A DNA stretch of 64,000 nt from NCBI GenBank assembly GCA_902801525.1, contig CADCIN010000005.1, positions 1,132 through 65,131 on the forward strand. The letters run 5' to 3'. Of the stretch, positions 28,064-38,839 are shown piece after piece (position 1 is the first letter of the stretch; each line of letters begins with the position of its first letter). The stretch comes from an uncultured Erysipelotrichaceae bacterium. Lineage in GTDB: Bacteria; Bacillota_I; Bacilli_A; RF39; UBA660. The notes below the pieces were generated by a model. It did not search any database and was not told the DNA's origin. It was given only the letters and a program-made list of their open reading frames with translations. The position numbers were made by a program, and so were the translations under genes.

Positions 28064-28773
28064 TGAAAAATACTGAGAATAATAAATATATAGAATTATT
28101 TAATAATATGAGAAAAACACCTAGAGGTCGAGCTATTTTGTTTTTTGCATTTTATATATTATTCTTTGCCTTCATATATATATTGTTAGCATTTAACAGT
28201 AGCACATCAAAAATAAAAAGCGAATCAGTTGAAAAAAATACATCGGCATATTCATTTAAAGAATTAGAAAAAGAAAATTATCATTTTAATTATGAAATAA
28301 TACTTAATAATAATTATAAATATATAGGTGACAAGAATAAAGATAGTGAAGTATTTACTTTTAATAATAACAATGAAGAAATAAATTATAAATTAAAAGA
28401 TAATAAGTATTTAGCAAATATTAATAATAATTGGGAGGAAAAAGAAAACCCATATATATTACAAGAATTTATGGAATTAGATAATTTAAAAAATATAATT
28501 GATTCGTCAAAATATATGTCAAAAACTATCTATGAAAGTTCAAAAGAAACATATCACTATCAAGTATCTACAACTTCAGTTGAAGAAATAGTAAATAAAA
28601 ATAAAATAGATATAGATGATATTCCAAATGAAATAGATGTTACTGTAGAAAATGGAGAAGTAGATGGAATATATTTAAAATTAAATAGTTATATCCACTA
28701 TAAAAATAATAATTTAAATGATTGTAGCATTAAATTAGAATATTCAAAATTTGGTAAGATAAAAGAATTATAA
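28063..28773 (+). CDS. Hypothetical membrane-anchored protein
   Basis: Single N-terminal TM; translationally coupled to fmt. Confidence 0.75.
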   Translation: MKNTENNKYIELFNNMRKTPRGRAILFFAFYILFFAFIYILLAFNSSTSKIKSESVEKNTSAYSFKELEKENYHFNYEIILNNNYKYIGDKNKDSEVFTFNNNNEEINYKLKDNKYLANINNNWEEKENPYILQEFMELDNLKNIIDSSKYMSKTIYESSKETYHYQVSTTSVEEIVNKNKIDIDDIPNEIDVTVENGEVDGIYLKLNSYIHYKNNNLNDCSIKLEYSKFGKIKEL

Positions 28774-28837
28774 ACTTCGATATTTAACTCGAAGTTTTTC
28801 ACGTTTTATTGTATAATATAAATATTGGAGTGATTAA

Positions 28838-29857
28838 ATGAGTATTTATGATTTAACAAAGGAACAATTAGAAGAATACTTTATAAAAAATGATTCAAAA
28901 AAATTTCATGCAGATCAATTATTTAATTGGTTATATGAAAAAAGAATCAATTCATGGGATGAAATAACTAACTTAAAAAAAGAAATGATTTCTAAACTTA
29001 GAGAAGATTTTAGTATAGATAAATTAAAGATAGTAAATATCGAAAAAGATATTGATGTAAATAAATATCTTTTTGAGTTAGCTGACAAAGAACATATTGA
29101 AGCTGTCTTAATGAGACATGATTATGGAAATAGTATTTGTATTTCAAGTCAAGTAGGATGTAATATGGGATGCAAATTCTGTGAAAGCGGAAGAAGAAAA
29201 AAAGTACGTAACTTAAAGACAAGTGAAATGGTACTTCAAATCATGCAAATTGAAGAAGAACTTGGAGAAAGAATATCACATGTAGTAGTTATGGGTATAG
29301 GAGAACCATTTGATAATTATGATAATTTAATAAACATGTTTAAAATAATTAATGATCCAAAGGGTCTAGCAATAGGTGCAAGACACATAACAGTATCAAC
29401 ATGTGGGTTAATTCCAAAGGTAAAAGAATTTTCAAACTTTCCATTACAAATAAATTTAGCAGTTTCTTTACATGCACCAACTGATGAATTAAGAAATATG
29501 ATTATGCCAATTAATAAAGTATATCCATTAGATGAATTAATAAAAGCCTTAAAAGAATACATAAAAAAGACAAATAGAAGACTAACATTTGAATATATCT
29601 TATTAGAAGGAGTAAATGATAGTACAAAAAATGCTGAAGAACTTGCAAACTTGATAAAAGGTATGAATGCATATGTTAATTTAATACCATATAATCAAAC
29701 TGAAAATATCGAATTTAAAAGAACAAGTACTATTCAAATCATGAGATTCTATGATATACTAAAAAAGAATAAGATAAATATAACAATCAGAAAAGAATTT
29801 GGTAGTAAAATATCAGCTGCCTGTGGACAACTTAGAAGTAAAAAGGAGGAACAATGA
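28838..29857 (+). CDS. rlmN: 23S rRNA/tRNA A2503 C2-methyltransferase RlmN
   Basis: CISSQVGCNMGCKFC radical-SAM motif, MGIGEP, AACGQL. Confidence 0.96.
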   Translation: MSIYDLTKEQLEEYFIKNDSKKFHADQLFNWLYEKRINSWDEITNLKKEMISKLREDFSIDKLKIVNIEKDIDVNKYLFELADKEHIEAVLMRHDYGNSICISSQVGCNMGCKFCESGRRKKVRNLKTSEMVLQIMQIEEELGERISHVVVMGIGEPFDNYDNLINMFKIINDPKGLAIGARHITVSTCGLIPKVKEFSNFPLQINLAVSLHAPTDELRNMIMPINKVYPLDELIKALKEYIKKTNRRLTFEYILLEGVNDSTKNAEELANLIKGMNAYVNLIPYNQTENIEFKRTSTIQIMRFYDILKKNKINITIRKEFGSKISAACGQLRSKKEEQ

Positions 29858-30597
29858 AATCTTTTTATCTAACAGATGCTGGAAGAATTAGAGATCATAA
29901 TGAAGACAGCGTAATCATTACAAAGAATCGAAATAATGACTATTTAATGGCAATTGCTGATGGAATGGGAGGACATTCTGCAGGAGAAGTTGCATCATCA
30001 ATTGCAATTGGATATCTTGGTAAACATTTTAATGAAACATTTTTAAATATGAGTAAAGTAGATACAGTAAATTGGATTAGAGATGCTGTAAATGAAATCA
30101 ATACTTTAATATTTGATCACGAAAAAACTCATCCTGAAAGTAAAGGTATGGGAACAACACTTGTACTTGCCATACTTACAAAAGATTATTTATTATTTGG
30201 TAATGTAGGAGACTCAAGTGGATTTGTTATTAAAGATGATAAACTACATAAAGTTACATATGATCATACATTAGTAAACTTGCTAGTAAGTGCTGGAGAA
30301 TTAACAAAAGAAGAAGCAAGTAATCATCCTAAGAAAAATGTATTAATGAAAGCATTAGGTGCCTCACAAGAAGTAGATGTAGATATTTTTGATTGTGATA
30401 TGGATATCAGTCAAATACTTTTATCAAGCGATGGTCTAACAAATATGTTAACTAAGGAACAAATTGAAAAAGTTTTATTAGGTAGTGAAGATATAGAAGA
30501 AAAAGTAATTAAGTTAATTGGAAAAGCAAATAATAGGGGTGGAACAGATAATATATCGGTTGCTTATTTAATTCGTGAAGAAGAAGGTGACTTATAG
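29854..30597 (+). CDS. stp: PP2C-family Ser/Thr phosphatase Stp/PrpC
   Basis: TDAGRIRDHNED, IADGMGGH, GMGTT, SDGL, GGTDNIS. Confidence 0.95.
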   Translation: MKSFYLTDAGRIRDHNEDSVIITKNRNNDYLMAIADGMGGHSAGEVASSIAIGYLGKHFNETFLNMSKVDTVNWIRDAVNEINTLIFDHEKTHPESKGMGTTLVLAILTKDYLLFGNVGDSSGFVIKDDKLHKVTYDHTLVNLLVSAGELTKEEASNHPKKNVLMKALGASQEVDVDIFDCDMDISQILLSSDGLTNMLTKEQIEKVLLGSEDIEEKVIKLIGKANNRGGTDNISVAYLIREEEGDL

Positions 30598-32408
30598 TGA
30601 TAACAAAGGGGCAAAAAATTAGTGATAGATATGAAATAATTAGATCTATAGGCGAAGGTGGAATGGCTAACGTATATTTAGGATATGATACAATCCTAGA
30701 TCGTCAAGTTGCAATAAAAGTATTACGTGGAGATTTATCTAATGATGAAAAATTTGTAAGAAGATTCCAGCGTGAAGCATTATCAGCATCATCATTAGCA
30801 CATCCAAATATTGTAGAAATGTATGATGTTGGAGAAGATGATGGTATCTATTATATTGTAATGGAATACATTGAAGGAAAGACATTAAAACAATTACTAA
30901 AAAAACGCGGATCACTAACTTTATCTGAAGCAATTGATATAATGTTACAATTAACTGATGGTATGGCGCATGCCCATGATTCATACATAATTCATAGAGA
31001 TTTAAAGCCACAAAATATTATGATTAAAGATGATGGTCAAATAAAAATTACAGACTTTGGAATTGCAATGGCTCTAAATTCCACACAGTTAACTCAAACA
31101 AATTCAGTAATGGGATCAGTTCACTACTTACCACCTGAACAAGCAAGCGGAAAAGGTTCAACGATAAAAAGTGATATTTATTCAATGGGAATTATCTTCT
31201 ATGAATTATTAACAGGATCACTTCCATTTAAAGGTGAAAATGCTGTAGAAATAGCTTTAAAGCATATGAGAGAACCTCTTCCAAATGTAAGAGATGATAA
31301 TCCATCGATACCACAAAGTGTTGAAAATATAATATTAAGAGCAACAGCTAAAAATCCAAAAAATAGATACGAAGATGCTAAAAGTATGCATGATGATCTA
31401 TTAACTGCATTAGATGATGATAGAATGAATGAGGAACCATTAAAATATAAATATCCAGAACACGAATTGGATAATACTAAGAAATTAAAGAAAATAGAGG
31501 ATATTGAAAATGGCAACCCTGATGATGAAGATACTGAAAAAATTGCAGAAAGAATAGATGATAAAGAAGATAGAATTAATAAAAGAATTATCATAATTTT
31601 ATCAATAATTTTTGTAGGAATATGTTTAATACTTATGACAGTATTTATAATAATTCCAGCATTAACTAGAAAACCAACAGTAACAGTACCAGACTGTGAA
31701 GGATTAAAAGTATCTGCATGTGAGAAAAAACTTCAAGCAAAAGGACTTACAGTTAAAACAAAAATCGAAACAAAAGCATCAAGTGAAATAAAGAAAAATA
31801 AAGTAATAAAGACTAATCCAGAAGCAGGACGTAGTGTTAAAAAAGGAACTGAAGTAACTATTACAAAGTCATCTGGTGAAAAGACTTTTAAATTAAAAGA
31901 TTATACAGGTCAAAATTATATTGCGGTTCAAACAAAACTTGAAGCAAAAGGAATAGTTGTAACAGTTGAGAAAAAAGAACCAAAAGATGATTCAAAAGAA
32001 TATGATGAACAAGAAATAATTGGACAATCTCTTTCGGAAGGATCAGTTGTGAAAAGTGGAGACTCAATCACACTATATATTCCAAATATAGTTGAATCAT
32101 TCCCTGATATGAATGCAGAGGGATGGAGTGTAGATGATGCAGAAGCATTCTGCAGTAAATATGGTTTAACAATTTCTACAACATATCAAGAAACAACTCA
32201 ATATGATGAAGGAAAAGTTATTTCTCAGTCAAGAGCTGCTGGCAGTCCAATAGTTAAAGGAACTACTTTAAAAATAGTAGCTGCAAAAAAACCTACAGAA
32301 AAGAAATCAGAAGAACAATCTACATCTACAACAACACAATCAACACAATCAACACAAACAACAACTACAACAACAGATACAACTACTACGACAACTACAA
32401 CAAATTAA
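30597..32408 (+). CDS. prkC: PASTA Ser/Thr protein kinase PrkC/PknB
   Basis: GEGGMA, VAIK, HRDLKPQN, DFG, GSVHYLPPEQ, TM, three PASTA repeats, Thr-rich tail. Confidence 0.96.
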   Translation: MITKGQKISDRYEIIRSIGEGGMANVYLGYDTILDRQVAIKVLRGDLSNDEKFVRRFQREALSASSLAHPNIVEMYDVGEDDGIYYIVMEYIEGKTLKQLLKKRGSLTLSEAIDIMLQLTDGMAHAHDSYIIHRDLKPQNIMIKDDGQIKITDFGIAMALNSTQLTQTNSVMGSVHYLPPEQASGKGSTIKSDIYSMGIIFYELLTGSLPFKGENAVEIALKHMREPLPNVRDDNPSIPQSVENIILRATAKNPKNRYEDAKSMHDDLLTALDDDRMNEEPLKYKYPEHELDNTKKLKKIEDIENGNPDDEDTEKIAERIDDKEDRINKRIIIILSIIFVGICLILMTVFIIIPALTRKPTVTVPDCEGLKVSACEKKLQAKGLTVKTKIETKASSEIKKNKVIKTNPEAGRSVKKGTEVTITKSSGEKTFKLKDYTGQNYIAVQTKLEAKGIVVTVEKKEPKDDSKEYDEQEIIGQSLSEGSVVKSGDSITLYIPNIVESFPDMNAEGWSVDDAEAFCSKYGLTISTTYQETTQYDEGKVISQSRAAGSPIVKGTTLKIVAAKKPTEKKSEEQSTSTTTQSTQSTQTTTTTTDTTTTTTTTN

Positions 32409-32418
32409 TGGGGGAAAA

Positions 32419-33246
32419 ATGAAGGGACAAATAATTAGAATTATTAGTGATCTATATACCGTTAAAACAGAAGAAGGAAAAATACCATGCAAATGTCGTG
32501 GTATTTTTCGCAAAATGCATATAACTCCACTAGTTGGAGACTACGTAATAATCACTCCTGAAAAAAAAGTGATTGAGCAAATTCTTCCAAGAAAAAGTGA
32601 GTTATATAGACCAAAAGTTGCAAATATTAATCAAGCATTTATAATTACAAGTTTAAAAGAGCCAAACTTTGATGAAAATTTACTTGATAAATTAATTTTA
32701 TTAATGGAAATACATAATATTAAACCGATAATATGTGTTACAAAAAAAGACTTATTAAATGAAGAAGAATCAGAACGTATTAATAAGATATTAGATTATT
32801 ATAAAAAAATAGGTTATACAGTTTTAGTAAATACAGAGATAGATAAAATAAAGAAATTAATTAGTAATAATACAAGTGTGTTCACAGGTCAAACAGGTGC
32901 GGGTAAATCAACTCTCTTAAATAAGATTAATCCAGATTGGAATTTAGAAACAAATGAAATCTCACATGCACTAGGAAGAGGAAAACATACAACAAGAGTA
33001 GTTGAATTATTTGAAGTAGAAAATGGTCAAATAATGGATACACCTGGATTTTCATCACTAGAGTTTGAAAATATCCCAAAAGAACAAATAAAAGAAGGTT
33101 TTGTTGAGTTTTCAAAATTTCCATGTGAATTTAAAGATTGTTCCCATACAAAAGAACATGAATGTAGTGTGAAGAAAGCAGTAATAGATAATAATATATT
33201 AGAGACTAGATATGAAAATTATCTAAAAATATATCAAAGTAGGTGA
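32419..33246 (+). CDS. rsgA: Ribosome small subunit-dependent GTPase RsgA
   Basis: TKKD, GQTGAGKS, GRGKHTT, DTPG, CEFKDCSHTKEHEC zinc motif. Confidence 0.96.
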   Translation: MKGQIIRIISDLYTVKTEEGKIPCKCRGIFRKMHITPLVGDYVIITPEKKVIEQILPRKSELYRPKVANINQAFIITSLKEPNFDENLLDKLILLMEIHNIKPIICVTKKDLLNEEESERINKILDYYKKIGYTVLVNTEIDKIKKLISNNTSVFTGQTGAGKSTLLNKINPDWNLETNEISHALGRGKHTTRVVELFEVENGQIMDTPGFSSLEFENIPKEQIKEGFVEFSKFPCEFKDCSHTKEHECSVKKAVIDNNILETRYENYLKIYQSR

Positions 33247-33881
33247 GAAAAATGAAAGTAAGCGCATCATTCCTAAGTAGTAATGATATTCCAAATACTT
33301 TAAAATTACTAAATGAAACAGATGTTGATTATATCCATGTTGATATTATGGATGGAAAATTCACAGAAAATAAAACAATGCCATTTAGTGAAATGAAAAA
33401 TATATATAAATATACAGATAAAAGACTAGATGTACATTTAATGGTTAATGATCCAGAAAAGTACATACCATTATATGCATCTTTAAATACAGAATATATT
33501 ACTTTTCATATTGAAACTGAAAAAGATATAGAAAAGAATATTGAACTAATAAAAAGCTATTCAATAAAAGCTGGACTTGCAATTAGTCCTGAAACTGATG
33601 TAAAAGAATTAGTACCATATTTGCCATTACTTGACTATATATTAGTAATGAGTGTTGAACCAGGTAAAGGTGGACAGGAGTTTATTAGATCTACAAAAGA
33701 AAAAGTAGATGAAGTTAGAACTTTAATTAATGAATACTCATCAAAAGCTCTAATAAGCGTAGATGGAGGAATAAACTCAGATACAAAAGACTATTGTCAA
33801 AATTGTGATATTCTTGTATCTGGTAGTTTTATTGTCAATAATTCGAATTATCAAAACCAAATAGATCTATTAAGAAAATAG
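33243..33881 (+). CDS. rpe: Ribulose-phosphate 3-epimerase
   Basis: HVDIMDG, DVHLM, VMSVEPG.GGQ, VDGG. Confidence 0.95.
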   Translation: MRKMKVSASFLSSNDIPNTLKLLNETDVDYIHVDIMDGKFTENKTMPFSEMKNIYKYTDKRLDVHLMVNDPEKYIPLYASLNTEYITFHIETEKDIEKNIELIKSYSIKAGLAISPETDVKELVPYLPLLDYILVMSVEPGKGGQEFIRSTKEKVDEVRTLINEYSSKALISVDGGINSDTKDYCQNCDILVSGSFIVNNSNYQNQIDLLRK

Positions 33882-33950
33882 ATCTTTTTATTTTAATCAT
33901 ATCTTGCATAAAAAGTAATAGATTGATATAATTATCTAAGAATAGGGAGA

Positions 33951-34901
33951 GTGATTAGTGTGAATCAAAATGAACAAGTTAATGAAAATAAAGAAGTAAA
34001 TAATCCTAGTGTTACACCAGTACCAGGAAATCAAGTGCCAAATCAAAATACAAATAGTATTCCAGTAACTAATACAGTTCAAAATAATGTTCAAAACGTT
34101 ACAAATACTAATACTTTAAATGCACAAAATGCAATAGTAACCAATCAGGCTGTTAACCAAACAATTAATACTGTTGCAAATACAAATGTAGTAGATCCAG
34201 TTAATCAAACACAAACAGTAGTCACAACTCCAAATAATAATTCTCAGCCTGTACAAATACAGCCAAATGATGTGATAAATGCAAATTCAAATAGCGAGAC
34301 TACTCCAAATCCACCAGTAGATAGAAACGAACTAAAAGAAGTAAAAATTGATGAGAATAAAAAAGATGGAAACTTAAAATACATTTTATTAATAATATTC
34401 TTTATAGGTGTATTTGTATTATTGTTCTTCTTACCTAATCTAAGTGAATATATAAATATTAAACTAAATAGTTTGAATAGTAAAAATCAAGTAATTCAAA
34501 CAGGTAGATTGATATGTACAAGAAAGAAAGCAGATAATAAATATGATTATGAATATGAAGCAACTTTTAATTATACTGATTTAAAATTAAAAAAATTAAC
34601 ATTTGTTACAACTGTAAAAGGTGATTCAAAAAAAGATAGTGAAGACTTAGAAAAAATGTATGATAACTGCTCGGTACTAAGTGATTTGACAGATCAAACA
34701 AATGGAGTAGTAGTCTCATGTGATCTATCAAAAGGTATATATACAAACAAAGAAATTCTGGATTATCAAAGCATAGATGATGAAAGTTTATCATCAACAT
34801 TCTCAGAACATGGTGGAGTGTTTCCTGAATATAACCTTGATGAAAATATAACAAAAGTAAAAAAATCTATGTCAAATTATACATGTCAATATTACAAATA
34901 A
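33951..34901 (+). CDS. Hypothetical bitopic membrane protein with an N/Q/T/V-rich low-complexity N-terminus
   Basis: About 120-aa low-complexity region, one TM, Cys-containing C-terminal domain. Confidence 0.75.
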   Translation: MISVNQNEQVNENKEVNNPSVTPVPGNQVPNQNTNSIPVTNTVQNNVQNVTNTNTLNAQNAIVTNQAVNQTINTVANTNVVDPVNQTQTVVTTPNNNSQPVQIQPNDVINANSNSETTPNPPVDRNELKEVKIDENKKDGNLKYILLIIFFIGVFVLLFFLPNLSEYINIKLNSLNSKNQVIQTGRLICTRKKADNKYDYEYEATFNYTDLKLKKLTFVTTVKGDSKKDSEDLEKMYDNCSVLSDLTDQTNGVVVSCDLSKGIYTNKEILDYQSIDDESLSSTFSEHGGVFPEYNLDENITKVKKSMSNYTCQYYK

Positions 34902-34996
34902 ATTGACAGACTTTACAAAATTAAAAAATATAAAATATGTAAACAATTGAAAACTCCAAGTACTAATGTTAATATATTAATACAAGGAGTTTTTTT

Positions 34997-35698
34997 ATGA
35001 AAAAAATTAATATACTTATATATTTTTTAAATACACTTCTTTTAGTAATGATTCCATCAATACTAATAAATGAATCACATAATCTAAAAGATACAAAAGT
35101 AAAAGTAAATTTATTAAAGAAAGAACTAAATACATCTTTTGTTAATCATAAATCAGAAATAGCTATGAAAGTAGTAGAAGAAAAAGATGAAGAAAACACA
35201 GAAGAAGAAAATAAGGAAGAAGTTAATGAACAAACTACTAATAAAAAAATAGAAAATAAAGCAAGTAACACTAGTGAAAATTCAGGTACAAATAATGTGG
35301 TAGAGACAAAGCAAGAACAGGTAGCTCAGCCTGCGCCAGTAAATACAAATGAGACTTTAGTAGGATCTATGAGTGGATATGGACCAGACTGTAGAGGATG
35401 TAGTGGATATTTAAGTAGTGGCTTATACGTAGGAGATGGAACAATTTACTATAATGATAAACAATATGGTAATATAAGAATAGTCGCAGGAGATTATAAA
35501 TATAAATTAGGTTCTATTGTTAAAATATCTAATTCAAATGTAGGAGGGCCATTCTTAGCTATAGTACTAGATAGAGGTGGATCAGTTGGAATAAATAAAA
35601 AGTTTACATTTGATTTACTATATAAAACATCAGAAGAAGCATTAAGAAATGAAGTATCGAGAAATACAACATTTGAAATATTAAGAAATGGATATTAA
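34997..35698 (+). CDS. 3D-domain-like (double-psi barrel) cell-wall protein
   Basis: Signal/TM, acidic linker, then SGYGPDC..C, IVAGD, GSIVKI, IVLDRGG, FDLL pattern. Confidence 0.7.
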   Translation: MKKINILIYFLNTLLLVMIPSILINESHNLKDTKVKVNLLKKELNTSFVNHKSEIAMKVVEEKDEENTEEENKEEVNEQTTNKKIENKASNTSENSGTNNVVETKQEQVAQPAPVNTNETLVGSMSGYGPDCRGCSGYLSSGLYVGDGTIYYNDKQYGNIRIVAGDYKYKLGSIVKISNSNVGGPFLAIVLDRGGSVGINKKFTFDLLYKTSEEALRNEVSRNTTFEILRNGY

Positions 35699-35793
35699 TA
35701 TCCATTTTTTTATGTTTAATTGACATATTACTGGAACTAAATTTAAAAATAAGGTAAAATAAATAATGAGACAAAACAGAAAGTAGGTTACAT

Positions 35794-37893
35794 ATGAATA
35801 TTGAAAGTTTAAATGATAGACAAAAAGAAGCAGTTTTATATAATGAAGGACCACTTCTAATAATAGCTGGTGCAGGAGCTGGTAAAACAAAAACTCTAAC
35901 AACTAAAATTGCCTATTTAATTAATGAAAAAGGTGTTAGTCCATATAGTATTTTGGCAATTACATTTACTAATAAAGCAGCTAAAGAAATGAAAGATAGA
36001 TTGTATAAAATTATTGGTGAAGAATCTAATAAACTACAAGTTTCGACATTCCATAGTTTTGGATTAAAACTATTAAGAGAAAATTATGAAGTTCTAGGAT
36101 ATGATAGAAACTTTGTTATTATGGATAGTGATGATTCATTAACAGTAGTAAAAAAAATTTTAAAAGATAAAAACCTAGATCCAAAGATATATAATCCAAG
36201 AGGAATAAGAAATAAGATAAGTAGTTGTAAGAATGCCATGACTTCTCCTGAACAATTTGAAAAGTATGCCGTAACTGACTATGAAAAAATAATATGTGAA
36301 GTATATAGTAAGTATGAGGAAAAATTAAGAAAGAATAATTCAGTAGATTTTGATGACTTACTATTATTACCATTAAAACTATTCTCTGAAAACCCAGAAG
36401 TATTAGAAAAATATCAAAATATTTATAAATATATATTAATAGATGAGTACCAAGATACAAATGAAGCACAATATATTTTAACTAAAACCTTAGCAAAAAA
36501 GAATAGAACTATCACAGTAGTTGGAGATGATTCACAAAGTATTTATTCATTTAGAGGAGCTAATTATCATAATATTTTAAATTTTGAAAATGACTATAAA
36601 GATGCTAAAACAATTCTTCTAGAAGAAAACTATAGATCAACAAGTAATATTCTAGATGCAGCCAATCAAGTAATTAAAAATAATAAACAAAGAAAAGATA
36701 AAAATCTTTGGACATCACGTGGTGTAGGTGAAAAGATTAAATACTATAGAGCATATAATGAAATAGATGAAGCTCAGTATGTAATTAGAAAAGTAAAAGA
36801 ATTAGTCGCGAGAAACACAGATTATAAAGATATAGCCGTACTTTACAGAACAAATGCTCAGTCACGTGTATTAGAAGAAGAAATGCTAAAAGAAAATCTT
36901 CCATATAGAGTAATAGGAAGTTTCTATTTCTACTCAAGAAAAGAAATAAAAGACTTAATCGCATATCTAAGATTAATTCATAACTCAAAAGATAATATTA
37001 GCTTATTAAGAGTAATTAATACACCAAAAAGAGGAATTGGTCTAAGAACAATTGAAAATTTAACTATAAAGGCAGATGAAGAAGGTACAAGTATTTATGA
37101 TGCAATATCATCTGGAAAAGAATTAGAATTTAAAAATATAATTGAAAAGTTAAAAGAAATACAAAAAGATTTAACCTTAACTGAGTTAATTGATAAAGTA
37201 CTTGATGCATCTGGTATGAGAAAAGACTTAGAAAATGAAAATACTCTAGAGGCAGAAGTTAGACTTGAAAACTTAGAAGAATTTAAATCTATTACAAAGT
37301 CTTTTGAAGAAAAAGAAGGATTAATTTCACTAGAAGACTTCTTACTTGAAATAAGTTTAGTAAGTGATGTAGAAGAATATAAAGATGACCCAAATAGAAT
37401 TAGTTTAATGACAGTTCATTCTGTAAAAGGACTAGAATTTGATCATGTATTTGTAGTAGGAATGGAAGAAGGAATATTCCCACATATGAATTCTCTTATG
37501 GAAAACTCAGAACTTGAAGAAGAAAGAAGACTAATGTATGTAGCAATTACTAGAGCTAAAGATGATCTACATCTGATAAATACAAGGAGACGAACATTAT
37601 TTGGTAAAGAACAAGTAAATCCAGCAAGTCGTTTTATAAGCGAAATATCTAAAGATCTATTAGAAACAAATAGAAAAGATGAATTGGAAACTAAAAAAGA
37701 AGAAAAGATTAATACTGGAGAAATGTTTAGAGATGAAGAAGTTGATTATAAAGTAGGAGACTTAGTATATCATGAAACATTCGGTACAGGAAAAGTAGTA
37801 GAAGTATCTAATACTTTAGTAAGTGTTGCATTTAAGCATCCACATGGAATTAAAAAATTAATGAAAAATCATAAAAAATTATCTAAAATATAA
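35794..37893 (+). CDS. pcrA: ATP-dependent DNA helicase PcrA
   Basis: AGAGAGKT, TFTNKAA, IDEYQD, VGDDSQSIY.FRGA, NYRS, TVHSVKGLEF, EERRLMYVAITRA. Confidence 0.97.
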   Translation: MNIESLNDRQKEAVLYNEGPLLIIAGAGAGKTKTLTTKIAYLINEKGVSPYSILAITFTNKAAKEMKDRLYKIIGEESNKLQVSTFHSFGLKLLRENYEVLGYDRNFVIMDSDDSLTVVKKILKDKNLDPKIYNPRGIRNKISSCKNAMTSPEQFEKYAVTDYEKIICEVYSKYEEKLRKNNSVDFDDLLLLPLKLFSENPEVLEKYQNIYKYILIDEYQDTNEAQYILTKTLAKKNRTITVVGDDSQSIYSFRGANYHNILNFENDYKDAKTILLEENYRSTSNILDAANQVIKNNKQRKDKNLWTSRGVGEKIKYYRAYNEIDEAQYVIRKVKELVARNTDYKDIAVLYRTNAQSRVLEEEMLKENLPYRVIGSFYFYSRKEIKDLIAYLRLIHNSKDNISLLRVINTPKRGIGLRTIENLTIKADEEGTSIYDAISSGKELEFKNIIEKLKEIQKDLTLTELIDKVLDASGMRKDLENENTLEAEVRLENLEEFKSITKSFEEKEGLISLEDFLLEISLVSDVEEYKDDPNRISLMTVHSVKGLEFDHVFVVGMEEGIFPHMNSLMENSELEEERRLMYVAITRAKDDLHLINTRRRTLFGKEQVNPASRFISEISKDLLETNRKDELETKKEEKINTGEMFRDEEVDYKVGDLVYHETFGTGKVVEVSNTLVSVAFKHPHGIKKLMKNHKKLSKI

Positions 37894-37904
37894 AAGGAGA
37901 AAAC

Positions 37905-38810
37905 ATGAAAGATGATTATACACTGCTGATATTGGCGGCCGGTATGGGATCTAGATTTGGTGGATTAAAACAAATTGAACCATTCGGACCAAACGGAGAA
38001 TTCATAATTGATTATTCAATATATGATGCAATAGAAGCAGGATTTACAAAAGTCGTATTTTTGATAAAAGAAGAAAATTATAAAACATTTAGAAATACAA
38101 TAGGTAAAAGAATAGAAAGTAAAATTAAGACAGAATATTGCTTCCAAAGTAATGATAATATTCCAGAAGAATATAAAGTACCCGAAGATAGAAAAAAACC
38201 TTTAGGAACTGCCCATGCTATTCTTTGTTGCAAGGAAAAAATTAATGAACCATTTGCAATGATAAATGCCGATGATTTTTATGGAAAAGATGCTTATAAA
38301 AAAGCAATGGAATTCCTACAAGAAGAACATAAAGAAAATACTTATGGATTAGTTGGTTATTTAATAAAAAATACTATAAGTGAAAATGGTTCAGTAAAAA
38401 GAGGTATGTGTAAAGTAGAAAATGGTTATTTAAAATATATAGTTGAAAGTAGTGTCATTAAAGAAAATAATCATATAATTGCCACACCAGTAGATGGATC
38501 ACATTCTTTTGAAGTGGAAGAAAAAGCTATTAATTGTATGAATATGTTATTATTTAATCAAACAATATTTAAAAAGTTAGAAGAAGAATTTCCTAAATTT
38601 TTAAATAATAAAGATAATTTAGAGTCAGGAGAATTTATGATTCCTGATATCTTAGAAAAATGTATCGAAGATAACTATGCCAAAGTAGAAGTTATTGAAA
38701 CAAATGCTAAATGGTATGGAGTAACATATAAAGAAGATACAGAAATAGTAAAAACTGCTATCAAAAAATTAATAATAAATAAAGATTATAAAGAACATTT
38801 ATGGAATTAA
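37905..38810 (+). CDS. Sugar-phosphate nucleotidyltransferase family protein
   Basis: LILAAGMGSRFGGLKQ, PLGTAHA, INADDFYG. Confidence 0.9.
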   Translation: MKDDYTLLILAAGMGSRFGGLKQIEPFGPNGEFIIDYSIYDAIEAGFTKVVFLIKEENYKTFRNTIGKRIESKIKTEYCFQSNDNIPEEYKVPEDRKKPLGTAHAILCCKEKINEPFAMINADDFYGKDAYKKAMEFLQEEHKENTYGLVGYLIKNTISENGSVKRGMCKVENGYLKYIVESSVIKENNHIIATPVDGSHSFEVEEKAINCMNMLLFNQTIFKKLEEEFPKFLNNKDNLESGEFMIPDILEKCIEDNYAKVEVIETNAKWYGVTYKEDTEIVKTAIKKLIINKDYKEHLWN

Positions 38811-38839
38811 ATATGATATAATAATAAAGAGGTGAAAAA

